NCBI GenBank assembly: GCA_030704615.1
Contig: CM060731.1
Location: 60,202,001-60,266,000, forward strand
Source of the DNA: Takakia lepidozioides
Taxonomy: Eukaryota > Plantae > Bryophyta
Reading direction: 5' to 3'
DNA length: 64,000 bases
Shown here: positions 33,979 to 46,820 of the stretch, piece by piece
Layout: the number at the start of each line of letters is the position of its first letter
How positions within the stretch are numbered: position 1 is the first letter of the stretch
Program-made: the position numbers and the translations under genes
The notes under the pieces: model-generated
What the model saw: the letters and a program-made list of their open reading frames with translations, nothing else
Databases searched by the model: none
What the model was told of the DNA's origin: nothing

Positions 33979-35960
33979 ATTCCTCCCCCGAGAGTGGGAC
34001 TAGGGAAATTTATAACAGGCAGCACACTAGGACTCAAGTTAGCAATCTGGGCCGGCATACTGCTCGTAGTAGCCCAAACATCCGAACTAGACCCTTCGAT
34101 CCCCTGGACATGAATAGGATGGGAGGGCAGACCGTTTAATTCCCGAGCCAGCGTAGGCTCGGTCCGTCTAGCCACCAAGGCCTTATACGCCGATCATAAA
34201 CAGAGAGGCCCTCGAGGGTGGCTATTCCAGACCCCTCATCAACCAATGTCATACCAGTTGGGGACTCTATAATTGCTCCCATCGTCCCAATCGCCCCAAC
34301 ATTAAAAAATTCGTCATCACTCACCATGAAATTACCTGCATGCAGGTTGTCCGATCCCTCACTCACTTCTACTACATTTTCGGCTAGCTCTCCTAAATTA
34401 TTCATGGACCTCTGTCTTCCGGATCTCAACCAAGTAGTTCTAGAATCACCTAACATATAAGAAATGAGGTTGGATTGGAGGCATAACCTTTAAGCAGCAG
34501 GGATATGAAGTGTGGGCCGAGCACTTGGCGAGCTGTCTTTTGGAACCCAAGTGGAACAATACACCACCCTCAGCACCTTGTGTGACTATAACTCGTAGAT
34601 CCCCAACGCTAGCCACTCCCAACCGTCAGCTCCTTTAAGCCAAAACCAATGCGGGTGGTGTCATCATCTTTCCAGGTGTGCAAAAGCACAGTCGAGTTTG
34701 AACAGTCACTCAATCTCTCAAACGCACTTAGGCGAACCACTCGCTGTGAAGCAAAGGTAGTACCCACACCCAAGACCACTAGATCAGATGACTGCACTAT
34801 CAAGGCCCCACCTTTCAGACCATCAATTAACTGTGAATAAGTAGGTGCCAAGGCGCAGGGCCGGAGCTGAAACCGTAGTGCCCTCAAGATCAAAGCCCCC
34901 GTGCCTTGTAACATTAACGACAACCAACTTCGCCCTACCACACCATGGCCATGATAAAGCTCCGCACTTCGAACACCAGAAAGAGGTAAATACAAGCCAA
35001 CTTCCACCAGGTCAATTCATGATGGTTTAGAAAACGCGACTTGATCGTCCTGGACGGTAGACGCTCTTCGTTGCGTAGCTCAAATTCGCGCTTAGCAAGC
35101 TGTCTGGCTCTGAATACCACCGCACCAGGCTCAAACAAAGGTCGCATGAACGGGCCTCATGATGACTGGTTAGTGCAGCAAGATCATCTACAACAGCTCT
35201 CTCTACACGCTCAAACCAAATCTGATCTTCGTCACATATCTCACACAATAGATCATCTACTTTATGCGACAACTCAATATTTCTCTCCAATTCTGCTGCT
35301 TGCTGCCTACTCTAGGCGTTGGTGGATCCTGCCCGCACTGTCAAGATTAGTTAGGTCTTTTCGCGGGATCTGCTCTACATCCTGCTGCCTAAGTAGTTCG
35401 CTAATGCGTGTTATCGATGGCGGCTCCTCGCTTTGCCATATTTTCTCCTGCTGCTGCGATTTTGCCGTCTCACGATGTACGTTGGGGTGTGATTGCAGGG
35501 GATGGCTGCCGTTCGTGACTTGTCTTGTGTAGCTCGCAGAGAGGGGGAGAGCCTATTTCTTCATATTAGCGTGACACTTGCTATTGAAGCTAATCCTAGT
35601 GTAGAGGCTGACCCTGCTGCCGCTTCTCATTCTGCTGGAGTTGTTATTGTTGCTCCTCCGGTCGTTTCTCACCCTGCTGACATTCTTGCTGTTGCTAATA
35701 CTACCAATGGCGCGCGGCCTGGCAGTGTTGCCTTGCTAGCGTCGCTACTTCTTGAGCCTGCTGCTTGCGTTCCAGCCCTTGTTGTTTCATTGGGTTCTCC
35801 TGGTGGTAGTGATTATGACAATCTGGGGAAGGCAGAGGTGTGGTCGCCAAGGTTTGAGAAGTCTGACAGCTCTCTAAATAGCTGTGACCCGGAATACTAT
35901 AATTTTGATAACTTTGTGGATCAAGGCCCTGAATATTTCGAATACCCTTGCTTCTCTCCA

Positions 35961-36213
35961 CCATAAAACAAACCTGAAACATAAAAGCCCTAGCCGTAGT
36001 GGCCCGCCGCATGGCGAGGCATCACAGGCCAAGCCCACGGCGCTGCCTTGTGGCCCTAGATCTGATGAAGGGCCAGGATCGAGCCACCTGCAAAAACTAA
36101 GATATCATTGTAACGGTTTAACGGCTTCGTACGCCAAAAATATACTATGGATGTGTATCGCCTTTTTGGATGAAACGGGCTATTTTCAGGCTAAGCAAAT
36201 ATGGGGCTTTAAA
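35961..36213 (-). repeat. 5' LTR of gypsy copy 1, with about 200 bp deleted internally
   Basis: Matches 27379-27400, then jumps to match 27595-27835. Confidence 0.85.
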
Positions 36214-36320
36214 GGCCGAAAGAGGTTAGCGTTTCCCCCTTAAAAATCCCCTCTTTGGGAGGGGAGAATACCGGAACCCATCTTGTAAAAAGGGCTAAAA
36301 TCCAACTTGAGAGCGAGAGA
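36214..36320. repeat. Continuation of the 104-bp tandem repeat
   Basis: GGCCGAAAGAGGTTAGCGTTTCCCCC...AAAATCCCCTCTTTGG...GGGCTAAAATCCAACTTGAGAG matches the 27262-27355 unit. Confidence 0.85.
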
Positions 36321-36599
36321 GAAGTATCGGGCAAAACTTACTAGCAACGTTAGCAACTTAGCATGCCGTAGTTTTGCAGATTTAGAATTGCCTTGTATAT
36401 GTTTGGAATTTGGGGCATTGATTGTGAGCGGCAGCGCTGAGCGTCATGTGAAAATTCTGATGGGAAATGATCGGGTTGGGTACGGGCGTCCAATCCCGCA
36501 CGATGCAATCAGTCGTTGCAAATTATTACACATCCATCGAGATGGGGTAAAAGTGCGATGGCGACGGGACGAGATGGGACCCAACACACTTTGGTAGGA

Positions 36600-38230
36600 C
36601 CGAATCAAAGGCACGAAGAGCGCCCACACAATTCAACTCCATTGAAATTCAATCCTTGTCTGCGCCGTTGCACACTCATCACCATTATAGCGCCAGCGAT
36701 TGTCGACAACTTGCAAACTACAATTGCAATCATTTTATTGCAAACTGTGGAGGCGACGATGATCCGAATCCCGATCAAACCAAAAAAATTGGGTGTGGAA
36801 GAAAGAAGTTTGGGAAGAAAGAATAATCGAGCGAGCACGCAGAGATGGCGCTATGATGGGGCCGTTATTGGGAGCATTGAAGCATGCCGCCATTCATCTC
36901 TAGTTACGCGTTCAATCTGTGGTTGCAGTTTGATGGTGGGCGAGGTAGAGAGTCTAGAGATGCGCAGCATGACAAGGGCAATCTCTGCTAATAATTACTG
37001 CGGGAACTTTGGAAGCAACGCGGTTACCGAGATGGAGATGATGGTGCGAAGGAAGGAAGGAGGGACAAGGGTATTGTTGTACGGGATAGGATCGTGTCAG
37101 AGAGATGGGACAGAGAGGGTGAATTGTGAGAGTGAGTGGCGGTAGGGTAGTAGTAGGTCGGGCAGGCATCATGAGGAGGAGCACCTTCTCACGAGCCGTA
37201 TCGTCAATCAGTCATGAGAAACATGGCAAAGTGCAGGGTGTTGGGTATCTGAGGTTGTGGAGTGTGGACAGGATGATGCAAGCAGCCAACTGCAGGGAAG
37301 TAGAGGAAGCTTCTAATCGGAAGCGCTTGAGTATTCGAACACTGGCTTGGCTTATCACATGATCCCAGTATGTACAGCTGCTCACGACTGCAACAGTCTT
37401 GGGCGAAGCCAGTGGCAAACGCAACGTGATTCCTCAAGGACAATACTTAACACTTTTTTTATGCTAACGACCACGGGGCTGCTCAGGAAGTCTGCTAGAA
37501 CTCTTAGAAACAGACGCAACAAGTACAACAATTTTGTTACGTAGAGGGGTTGCCAATGCCTCAAAAGTAAAAAGTCTCTGGATAACATGCAATTTTCACA
37601 GTATTCAGAACTCCCCCTCAGAGCGCTACAGAGCTCGGAAACAATATTCCGAGTTGACTCACTCACTCGACAAATCCAATCTGACTTTCTTACGAGGCCC
37701 ATTACAAAATCTAGCGTGTATGATGGCTCGAAGAAGCAAATGCCAAATTTCAGTCGGATCATCAGTCAACACAAACTTGACGGTGCGAGTAAGTATGGCG
37801 CGCAAGGCCGACACGGATGCAATTTGTTTGTAGCACGTCATTGTAATCCTTCGTGTGATGACTATCACTATTATAATAACAATGCTATGTCACCTCAGCT
37901 TCGAAAGGGAGCTGTGGGATGAAGCGGCGGCCAAAAGTGCCAGTTCAACCTCCGTACCTCGTCAGCCGTGGAGGATATGGATGTGATGAGGAGAGGCGAG
38001 GAAAGCTACAGTAGGCAGGTTGTGTGGCTGCTCATAACTCCTTGGGCACTTTTGAGGGTTAATCAAACCTGGGATCATAACGATGATGGCCCAGATAGCA
38101 TAAACATGGTCAGTAAATGGCCCAAAAGATGTGTCCTAGTTGTAACTCTGGCATGACAAAGCCTGGCACTTCTTTGATTTGCAAAAGCTGGCAAACGGAT
38201 TGTATGTGCAAACTCTTCATTTGCGCGGGC
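36600..38230 (-). mobile_element. Possible highly decayed hAT transposase
   Basis: Fragments fall in the expected order on the minus strand: BED-finger-like FASFCKSKKC...TS...H (about 38200-38110), CxxH-like SRCVCHWLRP (about 37430-37400), and dimerisation-like ASTV...SxxAGAIM...RRQGL...VEL...CL (about 36760-36610). Similarity is weak. Confidence 0.3.
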
Positions 38231-39649
38231 CACAGGGAAGAATGGTGGTGGCAATCCGCTTTGCAGACGAGGGACAGTGGGTTCAATCAGGGTGGCAGCA
38301 CTAAATATAACCAAGGAAAATTGCAGGCCTGGTGCTGAAGAGGCCCGGGATGGCAGGGCCTCGTCGGCCGAGAAATGGGCGCAACAGGTCCCACGCAGCG
38401 CTGACACGGCCCAAGAAGGGCTGCTGCATGCCAGACCTTTTACTATGAGCATTACGCCGCGTGCATTCCATGCAGCCCTTCCCTGTGCCTCCTCCTCCCA
38501 TCCTACTCGGCCTACTTACGTCCCTTCCTCTTCATTTCCTGCTCTCGCTGCGGTGAATTTCGCTACGAAATAATATGACAAGCTGCCCAATGACACATTA
38601 AAGAGAGAATTAAGTTAAAGAGAGATTGCATAGAATGCAGGGCTCTAACTTATTTAGATGCGAGCAGGTGAGGTCAGAAGCCTAGCCTAGAGAGGATGGA
38701 GGTAGGTAACATGCCCAAAACAAATATGCTACGGATCTCAAACCTCGTAAGTAGTGAGTTGTCAAATGCTCCCTAATACACCACAGAGATGAAGATCTCA
38801 CGGTTTGTGACCAGCCAACAACACCGCATAGATTTGGTACTAGCTCCACAGCGGGAATTGAGGGCTCTGCCAGATTGTGTTTAGTAAGTGTTACAGTTGA
38901 AAAGCAACAACAAGAATGAGCAAGTCCCCACATTGATCGCTGCCACACACTCTTGAATGCCCAGGTTGTACTCGGTTCTAATCTTTGCTGCGGAACAACA
39001 AAGTAGAGTCAATTGCAACTTGCAAGCTCATCGAGGTAGCCGGCAACCTCATCTAGTTACTCCTCCAATTCATTAAATCCTTAAATTTCGTTAGATTCTT
39101 TCTATGTGCTTGTCTTAATCTCTTCTACTTATACTTACTGCTCGATCACTGCACCCGCTGTCTATTTTGTGAATGTGAATGTGCCGCAATCATTTGCATC
39201 CCCATATCCAGTTCGTTTGTTGGGCATATTTTCATTCATAATCGCTCATCACCTGTGAGCTGCCATTTCACCTGGACATTATTCGTTCTCGAAATTTACT
39301 CTCCCTCAACAACTCACGCATCTTGCTTGCAATTCTGAAAGCCACATTCATTGAGTTCTGGACAAAGCCCAACAAACTCGATCTCTGAACCCCAAAGCGA
39401 GCCTCAGATTTGGTTAAATAAGTATCGGGCGAGGACTGTGAAGCATTTATCGAGACTCTCTTTGCTGGAGAAGCACATTCATGTCCGCAGGTCACACCCT
39501 GCTGTAAAGCGAGTCAAGCTCTGCCCCTCCCTATATTTCCAGTTTTTTTTTTTTCCCCAGTTCTCTGACCGAAACAACTCGATTGTACCAGATAAATATT
39601 CGAGGCCCGAAACTACCATTATATAGAAATTTTACTCTACATAGTAGCA

Positions 39650-41960
39650 TCCGAGCCGAAGGCCGGTGTTTTCTCCAAAAAAAAAACAATTTCGATTTTT
39701 AAGAAGAAATAGATAATCCGAAAAATGGGCTGTCGAGATATAGATGGTGGGGTGACGTGGAAATAAGAGGGACCTGCGCCCTGGATCTGCTGGCGTCGGG
39801 GCCGACCCCGACCACACACGGGATCCGGGGCGCCGTGGCCACTTGGAGAGCCGTCCGATGCGTTGCGATCTATCGCGAGGTCGTCAGTGCACAAAAGTCC
39901 ACGTCGAGGGGACATTCTCCGTCCGATTCCGACGGACGTCCACTGAGCCAACGTGACAGGGCGCAGAGCGTCGGATGGGAGGCATCGCGACGGCGCAGAC
40001 GGAGGGGTCGGCTGGCGGCCGCAGCGCCGTTGGATGTGTGGCCGTTGGACGGACGCGGGCGCAGTGTGCGGCATTAAACGGGGGACGATCCGGCAAGATT
40101 TGGGCCACCTGGCAGCCTGCGGTAACGGTTAAACCGGCGCAGGGTCATGTGCAGCCATGTGCCCCGGGGTGCGGGCTACGGCCGGTGCCTCTGACGCCTC
40201 TGACCGCCCACTGCGGGTAAACAACCGGGAACTGGTAGCGCCTGGAGGCAGCGTGGCTGCATCCCCGTGCAGCGGATCCGCTTATCCTGCGGTTCCTTGA
40301 TTGCGCGCGGATGAAACCATGCTCCGTTCGTCGTTCATCCGTCCGGGTGGACCCCTGGACAGATGGGACAGAGAGCAGTGACGTGGAGCAGAGTGTCGGG
40401 GCAGGTTCGAGAGAGCATGTGCGCGGGCGGGCCCCTCCGGCCGCCAACCCTAAATTACCTGCGGGCAGGGCAGTACGTTGTGCGTTTCAATGATCGGGGC
40501 CGTTTCCTATTATTATTAGTTTCTGGATTCCGCGGGTCGTGGAGCAGGCATATTCCACGACGGAGGGAATAGTCCGTCGCTGCCGCTACAAGACGAACGG
40601 GTACTTTTGGGCGCTGCCGCCGGCCCAGGTAGCGGAGCCGTGCGGCTGCCGCTTTGCCGCCCGCTTTGCTCGCCTCACATGCAAAATGGCAGCCGCGGAA
40701 GGAGCCAGACCCAAACTTGCTGGTATTTAACCAGGGTCAGCCTCCGGTCAGAGCTCCGGCGAAACACGTCCGGCCGAACACGGGGCACGAAACAGGTGGC
40801 GCGCGGGTGGGTGGCCAGCCAGCCACGCGACGCCGCCGTTCAACGGCCCACCGGGCCCCGCGCGGCGCAGCGACCCCGGGACCCGTGCAAGGGTAGGCCC
40901 GCGCCTCGCACCGCGTGCCCATCTCGGACCCGGCCCGGGCTCTCGCTTTCTTCTTTTCCCGCTTTCGCCGACCCGCGGCGGTTCTGCCCGGTTCCCCCGG
41001 GCCGCCACCCGTGCTCTATTCTCCACTTCTCATCCTCCACGCAAGTTTCATCCGAGCTCTATTCTCCCGAGCGGCCGTGATGAGCCAGGTAGATGATCCG
41101 ACGGATATTGCAGGCAGTACGTGTACCTGCTGGCAGATGAAGGATCGGACGGGCACGGTTCAAGAGACGTGTCTCCATGTTGTGGCAGACACGACATGGC
41201 AATCCAAGGGCGTGAAAGCTGCCATCATTACGCTGCAGCCCCCTGTGTTAGCGGCGACATAGATTCGGACTTGCGCGTCGTCGGATCTCGCATCGGACGG
41301 CCGTTACGTGACCACGACAGGGACGGGACAGCCAGGCTGCCGGAGTGAGTGAATGCGTCGGGGCCTGCCCTAAATTGTTGAACACAAATAGTTCGCGGCT
41401 ATTTTTGGTATTTGCAATAATTTGTTTTCGACAAATGCACGTCCAACTTCGATCCGTGCCACGTGGAAGTTCAACGGCACAACGTCGGGAGTCAAAAACC
41501 CAATCTGTGAATTGAATAATAGTAATAATCGATCCCAGCGCCGTAACTCAAACTGCCTGCGCGGTAAGGGAAGGGGACTGAAGGCGAGTAAAGGAAAGCG
41601 GGGGTACCAATAATTAGTAAGTGCGAGAGTAAGTAGGGGAAAGTAAGTGAGCGGGGTGAAAAGGACGGTGCGGGGCACGAGCAGCGCGTGCCGCCGGGAA
41701 AGGCGCGGAGGAGGCAGCGCACATGGTCGGGCAAGGGCGGCCTCACATGCTGCCACATGCCGCGCCCGCGCGCCCCGGACCCGCGATACCCGCGTCGCAG
41801 CCGCCCGGTCCCCCTGCGCTTTCACTTGCGCTTGAAGGGGCGGGCGGTGAAGGGCCGTTCGGCCCCCGGCTTCGCCGGGCGGGGGCAGTCCGGGCCCCGC
41901 CCGTGCGCGTGCTACGTCACCCGCACGCGACTGCCTTCTTAACCCGGGGCCGGGCAGAGT
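39650..41960. promoter_or_regulatory. GC/CpG-rich island upstream of the bHLH gene
   Basis: Markedly higher GC and CpG density than the flanks, with no coherent ORF. It contains several ACGT-core boxes (GTGACGTGG about 39752 and 40378, CCACGTGG 41459) and ends at a CT-rich tract (about 41972-41998) typical of plant TSS/5'UTR. Confidence 0.5.
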
Positions 41961-42440
41961 GGCAGCCAAGCTGTCTCTCGCTCTCTCTCTCTCCCTCCGT
42001 CGCTGTGTGATCTGTGTGCGAGTCGCTGGGAGGCTTTAGTGTAATTGAGAGGGACAGAGAGCTCGGGTTCGTAGAATGTCTGGGAGGGTCTAATGGTGTG
42101 TGAGGGAGAGGAGTATAGAAAGTTTTCCCATCGCTTGTGATCGAAAAGCTAGTTGTTTGGAGAGAGAGAAGAGTCCGTGTCCGAGAAGCATTTGGCGAGA
42201 CACAGTTTGATTCACCGGTTGACTCGTAGTGCTTGTTCTTCGGTTGTAGTCTTTCCGGAGGTTCCGTTGCTATCATCTCTGTCCAGGCAAGGCAGCTGAA
42301 CTGCGTAATTATCGGGTGTTAGGAGTCTCATGTCGGCGGGCTGCTCGTAAAGCAAGAAGGATCTGTGTGAAGAGCTAGTGGGTATTCGTAACGAAGTTGA
42401 AGTAGTGGAATTTGTGGGGCGAATTTTGTCATATTTAGCG

Positions 42441-43397
42441 ATGGAGTCTAGCGAGTTTGTTGACCCTCTCTCCTTCTACACGAAGAGCTTTTTGGATTGT
42501 TTTGTTCCTGCGTTGAGGTCTGTGAATAATTCAGCTGAGTGTTTAACCATTCCGGAGCGGCAGAAAGCTATTAAGCTTGCGGCGGATACTTCACTTGCAG
42601 TTACTGCTAGCGGATCTTGCTGGAGTCACGCGTTTAGTAGAGAGCTTGCTCAGGCTACTGGGGATGAATGCTGCCTGATTGATTCGTCAAGTAACGACGG
42701 GTTCGAGGTTAGCTCTTCTTCGTGCCTAGATTCTTCTGCAGCGATCCTGTCATCGTCTCAGGGCTGCCCGTGTGGAGTGGAGACGAAGGGCTTTGCCGTG
42801 GGTGACTCCAAGCCGGCCCATTTTTTGGATTCCAAGTGCCTGCCTGTCTCAAATTTCGTGGAACCCAGGATACAGCCAGTGAAGAGCGAAGGTGGTGTTA
42901 GGAAGAGGTTAGCCAGTTTTCGGGCATACCGTCCCATTGCGTCGTCTGATTGCAGCGGGAAAGGGGGTTACTGGCAAGTCACTAGAAAGCCTGTACTGGT
43001 GGCCAATTTTAAAAGGCTCGCAGGGAGATCTAGAAGGATTTTGTACAAGAATTCACGCCTCTACAAGGCATCAAACAGGAGACTCAGGGCACTCCACAAA
43101 TCTGTGGGGATTAAAACTGTAAGATCTCTGAAAAACTGCCACAGATTCGGATCTGATGCCAATCGTGGTGTGAACGCTCGGGTCAGTGATACTCGCATCA
43201 TGGATCTACAAAAGCTTATTCCTGGTGGAAAAAGTATGGACACTCCCATTTTGCTGGAGGAGACCGCTGATTATTTGATGTTCCTGGAGCTTCAGGTGCA
43301 GGCCCTGCAATCGCTGGCTAACAAGATTGATTTACAAGCAAATCCTGCCGGGCAATCTGCCGAGAACCTCATCTGCTTCTCGGCGGGGTTTCCGTAA
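42441..43397 (+). CDS. Atypical (non-DNA-binding) bHLH transcription factor, IBH1/AIF-like, intronless, 318 aa
   Basis: N-terminal IBH1-type block ERQKAIKLAADTSLAVTASGSCWSHA and C-terminal HLH RIMDLQKLIPGGKSMDTPILLEETADYLMFLELQVQALQSL. The first in-frame ATG is at 42441; the ORF track starts at a GTG. Confidence 0.88.
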   Translation: MESSEFVDPLSFYTKSFLDCFVPALRSVNNSAECLTIPERQKAIKLAADTSLAVTASGSCWSHAFSRELAQATGDECCLIDSSSNDGFEVSSSSCLDSSAAILSSSQGCPCGVETKGFAVGDSKPAHFLDSKCLPVSNFVEPRIQPVKSEGGVRKRLASFRAYRPIASSDCSGKGGYWQVTRKPVLVANFKRLAGRSRRILYKNSRLYKASNRRLRALHKSVGIKTVRSLKNCHRFGSDANRGVNARVSDTRIMDLQKLIPGGKSMDTPILLEETADYLMFLELQVQALQSLANKIDLQANPAGQSAENLICFSAGFP

Positions 43398-44417
43398 ATG
43401 GCCCAGCTTGCGCCCAGCCTTGTCTCAGTTCGAAGGCGGCTATAGTGGTGAAGTCGCGCGTTCTGAGTTGTGGCTCCAGTTAAAGGGCCTGCAGTATAGT
43501 AAGCTCTTCCAGTTGATGGTGTAGGTGGATGATCAGGAACGAGGCATTGTAGGAGGAAGCTTTTTGAAGAACAAGCTGTACGAGATAAGTTGTGTAGTGT
43601 GTTCATTGATGGATGGACATTGTCCATTTAGCGTTAACTGCAAGCATGCGCATGGTATGGAAGATCTTCAGTAACCTCCTGATACAACGATGCTCGGAGG
43701 AACTAAATCTTGGGTATCCCGGAAAGACTGAATTGGTGAAAATTCTTCGTATCTCTCGCTCTGGACAAATCCAATTCTGTACCCTGCTGTGAAGAGATAT
43801 GGCAAGGCAGGGATTGTTGAGAGTGGCGAAGGAGAAGACGAGTGTGTACCCCGAGAGCGTTATCTGTGTGCGGAGAGTTTGATTTGCAGTCGCACCAACT
43901 GAAAGCACATGCGACTAGAGACATGCATAGACAGATGTGTCATTTGAAAGTCAGTTTTGACCCTGACGAGCTCAATACTTAGAAGATGAGCAGAAACTTA
44001 GCAATTCGCTAACCCAACTCGAGATCTGTCAAGAATTGACAGTGTGGCACTGCTAGAGATTGTAACAGAAAGACGGACCATTCTCAGGAAGAGACTATGG
44101 TCAATACAAGCACGCTGCAGTTGGTTGAAATGATGTTTGCCCGCCAGCATGGTTGCAATCACAACAAGACAAGATAGGATATCTACTCACAAACTTTCAA
44201 AAACAGGTAACGGTTATTATAACACAAGCTCCTAGAAAAATCGGGTGGCAAATTTCAATAAATTACAAATGCAGAGCATCTGTGAAAGGGAAAGGAATAT
44301 TGCGCCTTATACTCAATTTTGATAAAACCTTCCCCTATCATGTACACATAACATTCTGTCTTCAAGCAAATCTTATCGCCAGCAACCATATGGACAATAC
44401 CAAAAGTATACTACCTA

Positions 44418-45830
44418 CTTTTTGTTTTTTTCTGTTTTGCTGCAAGAAGATGGACAGTAGACTCAAAGCTTTACAGATAATGGACCAAGACGCCCGAAAA
44501 AAGCAGCTGGATTGGGCAAAACCCGAGATAGGAAAGATCAGTAAGAGAGAGGGATAAAACAGGGGCGAGTAGAATGTTAAGGACAAACAGAAACGTTAAG
44601 GGGAAAGAAAAGCAGCAGTGGTCCTAGAACAGAAGCTAATTTCTTCTGATACTACCAAGTTGAGCTTTTGCCTTTCCTTTCCTAAAGGATCTACTGTCTC
44701 CAGTTGATCTCGGGCACCTCGCCCCCAAGAGGAGAGCGCTTGGTACTAAGAGAGCTGCCAGCTTGCTGGGTCCTTGAATCTGATTCTCTGGAGCAGATTC
44801 GAGCAGATTCGAGCTCCCCTGCCTGATGAGCCATCAAATTCAACGAGAAGCTGAGATCTCCTCCTCTGGCCTTATCTGTGAAGAGTTACCCCCAGTACCC
44901 ACCAAGCCTTACGAGCCTCAGACATGATGTCTGAGTGAGACTTGAACAATATAGACCTAACACAGATCGGTTTTCCAGAAAAAACAAGAGCACAGCTGCC
45001 CTTCCAAATATTCCATAGAGTGTGTGCCCTAAGTGCAGCCCAAACAGGACAAGAAGACCACAAAGATCCATCTGCGTAATTGAGAAGCACTCTTGAAAGT
45101 GGTGGCTGGTTGGGAGACTATCACCCGTGACCTTCCCCCTGCTTGGATTTCCTTCAATTCTTTCCCTGCTAATACAAGACCTCTTCCTGTTTGGCTTGGG
45201 TCTGACTATGACAACTCGAAATGTGCTCTCTTCTCTTTGTTCCGCATAGGCTCTATGCTACACGGTTGGAAATTTGAAGTTTTCCAATCTGGTTTCTTAC
45301 ACTCCCCGACTCTAGATTCTATGTTGGAGGACTCCCTCTAGGTCATCCGGGTATTTTGCATGACTTTTGGTGTTGTTAACCCCTTTGCAGATAATGGCTG
45401 TCACACTAACACCAGTTTTCTCTGGTAAGTTTTGGGCCCCTTCCTTTGCTCCAATTCGATCCTGTGGAATGGATCTGGCGTGATAGGCTGCACTCCCCCT
45501 TTTTCGCTTACACTGTCAAGCTAGGATACTCTTTGCTTAACCCTGCTGTTTCCCTGGATCTCAAGTGGACTAGTAAGTGGTTGCATCTGGCTGATTGCCC
45601 TACTTCGTGGAAAGGTATCTGGAGAGATGTTTGGAGGAAGGACAGGGCTGCTAAAATTTCTGGTTTCCTTTGGAAGTTAGTTAACCGTCTCTTGCCGGTC
45701 CTTGTCTGCTTTTCGAACTCGACATCTTGCAATTCTTGCAATCTTCATGCCCCTGAAACCTTGGAGCACTGCTTTCTTAATTGCCCGGTGGCTAGACTTG
45801 CTTGGAACAAGGCTATGGGTATTGTATACC
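44418..45830 (-). mobile_element. 5'-truncated, 5'-inverted L1-type LINE copy
   Basis: 45093-45830 (+) encodes zf-RVT (WKGIW...KISGFLWKLVNRLLPV...CNSCNLHAPETLEHCFLNCPVARLAW). 45090-44872 (-) encodes the downstream motif WAALRAHTLWNIWKGSCALVFSG, followed by UTR-like sequence and an A-rich tail at about 44438-44418. No TSD was found. Confidence 0.7.
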
Positions 45831-46820
45831 CGCAATTCTGGACACACCATGATGCTGACATGAGGTTTCTTCACCATCTCAATGGCATCAAGGCGACATA
45901 TTGCTCTCCTGCACGGGCTGGTAATATGACTGTTCCAGCTCTTTTGAATGCTCATGATTTGGACTTGCAAGCTTCTTTGTTTATGCAATCAATGCCAAGT
46001 CGCAGGCCAAATATTGCACACCAAATCACTGCATGTCCTACCTAGTAAACTGGTCATGCTGCTACAGAAGGAATGAGAAGGTTCCATGGCTATACCGAAA
46101 CCCTATGTGTGAGAGGAGTGAGTGGCGATAGTTCTGTCTTTTCATGCCTTTTGGAAACCCCTGCCTGCCACAGACTGGGGAAAAGGGCACCACTGTCCCA
46201 CAGGTGTAGGAAATTGGAAACACCAGCAGATTCCCAATGAGCCCGTCGGGCAGAGCACTTAACCAACACTTCAGAGTAACAATTATAGTTAACGAACAAT
46301 GGCTGTCTGAGAGCTTCCGCGGGAGAGCACAGGGAATTTTCTAGGACAGAAGATCGCGGATAGTAAACCAGGACTGCCAAATAGATTTCCAAGCTTTGGA
46401 TCCAGAGACAGTAGAAGAGTTGGATGATCCCCCTTGAACATCAATTGAGAAATAAAACTGATGAATGACAACACAGTATAAGATAAAGAATATTGTCCAA
46501 TTGTAAACCTTAAACTATACGAAGTAAACAATAGTATACTATTAGGAAAAACATAATGCTCATTTTATAGTATACTAATAGGAAAAACAGCTCATTTTCG
46601 CACTTGCGCACCAATCCAACATCTTCCGATCCGACTTTGATGAGTAACACTCAGGGGAAAGAGAACTGAAGCTGGGCTGCACATTACCATACTCTCTGGC
46701 TATGGAAAGAAAGATCTGAAGTTAATATCAGACTACATAGCTGACTACCCACCCACTATCAAAAATGAAGAATGATGACATTCCGTAGGGCACCATCACC
46801 ACCACCAAAAATGCGACTAA

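Larger units (their letters stand above)
27372..36213 (-). mobile_element. Ty3/gypsy LTR retrotransposon, full-length but degenerate
   Basis: Direct LTRs at 27372-27835 and 35961-36213 (the latter internally deleted). The order gag-PR-(dUTPase-like)-RT-RNaseH-IN lies on the minus strand. It is inserted into a 104-bp repeat unit with a degenerate AGCC/GGCC duplication. Confidence 0.95.

Noticed and set aside
35943-35960. TGG-starting primer-binding site next to the 5' LTR
   Set aside because: The LTR end is eroded here and I cannot match the sequence to a specific tRNA 3' end.
39637-42010. Many overlapping Arg/Pro/Ala-rich ORFs
   Set aside because: Expected from high GC content; no domain signal.
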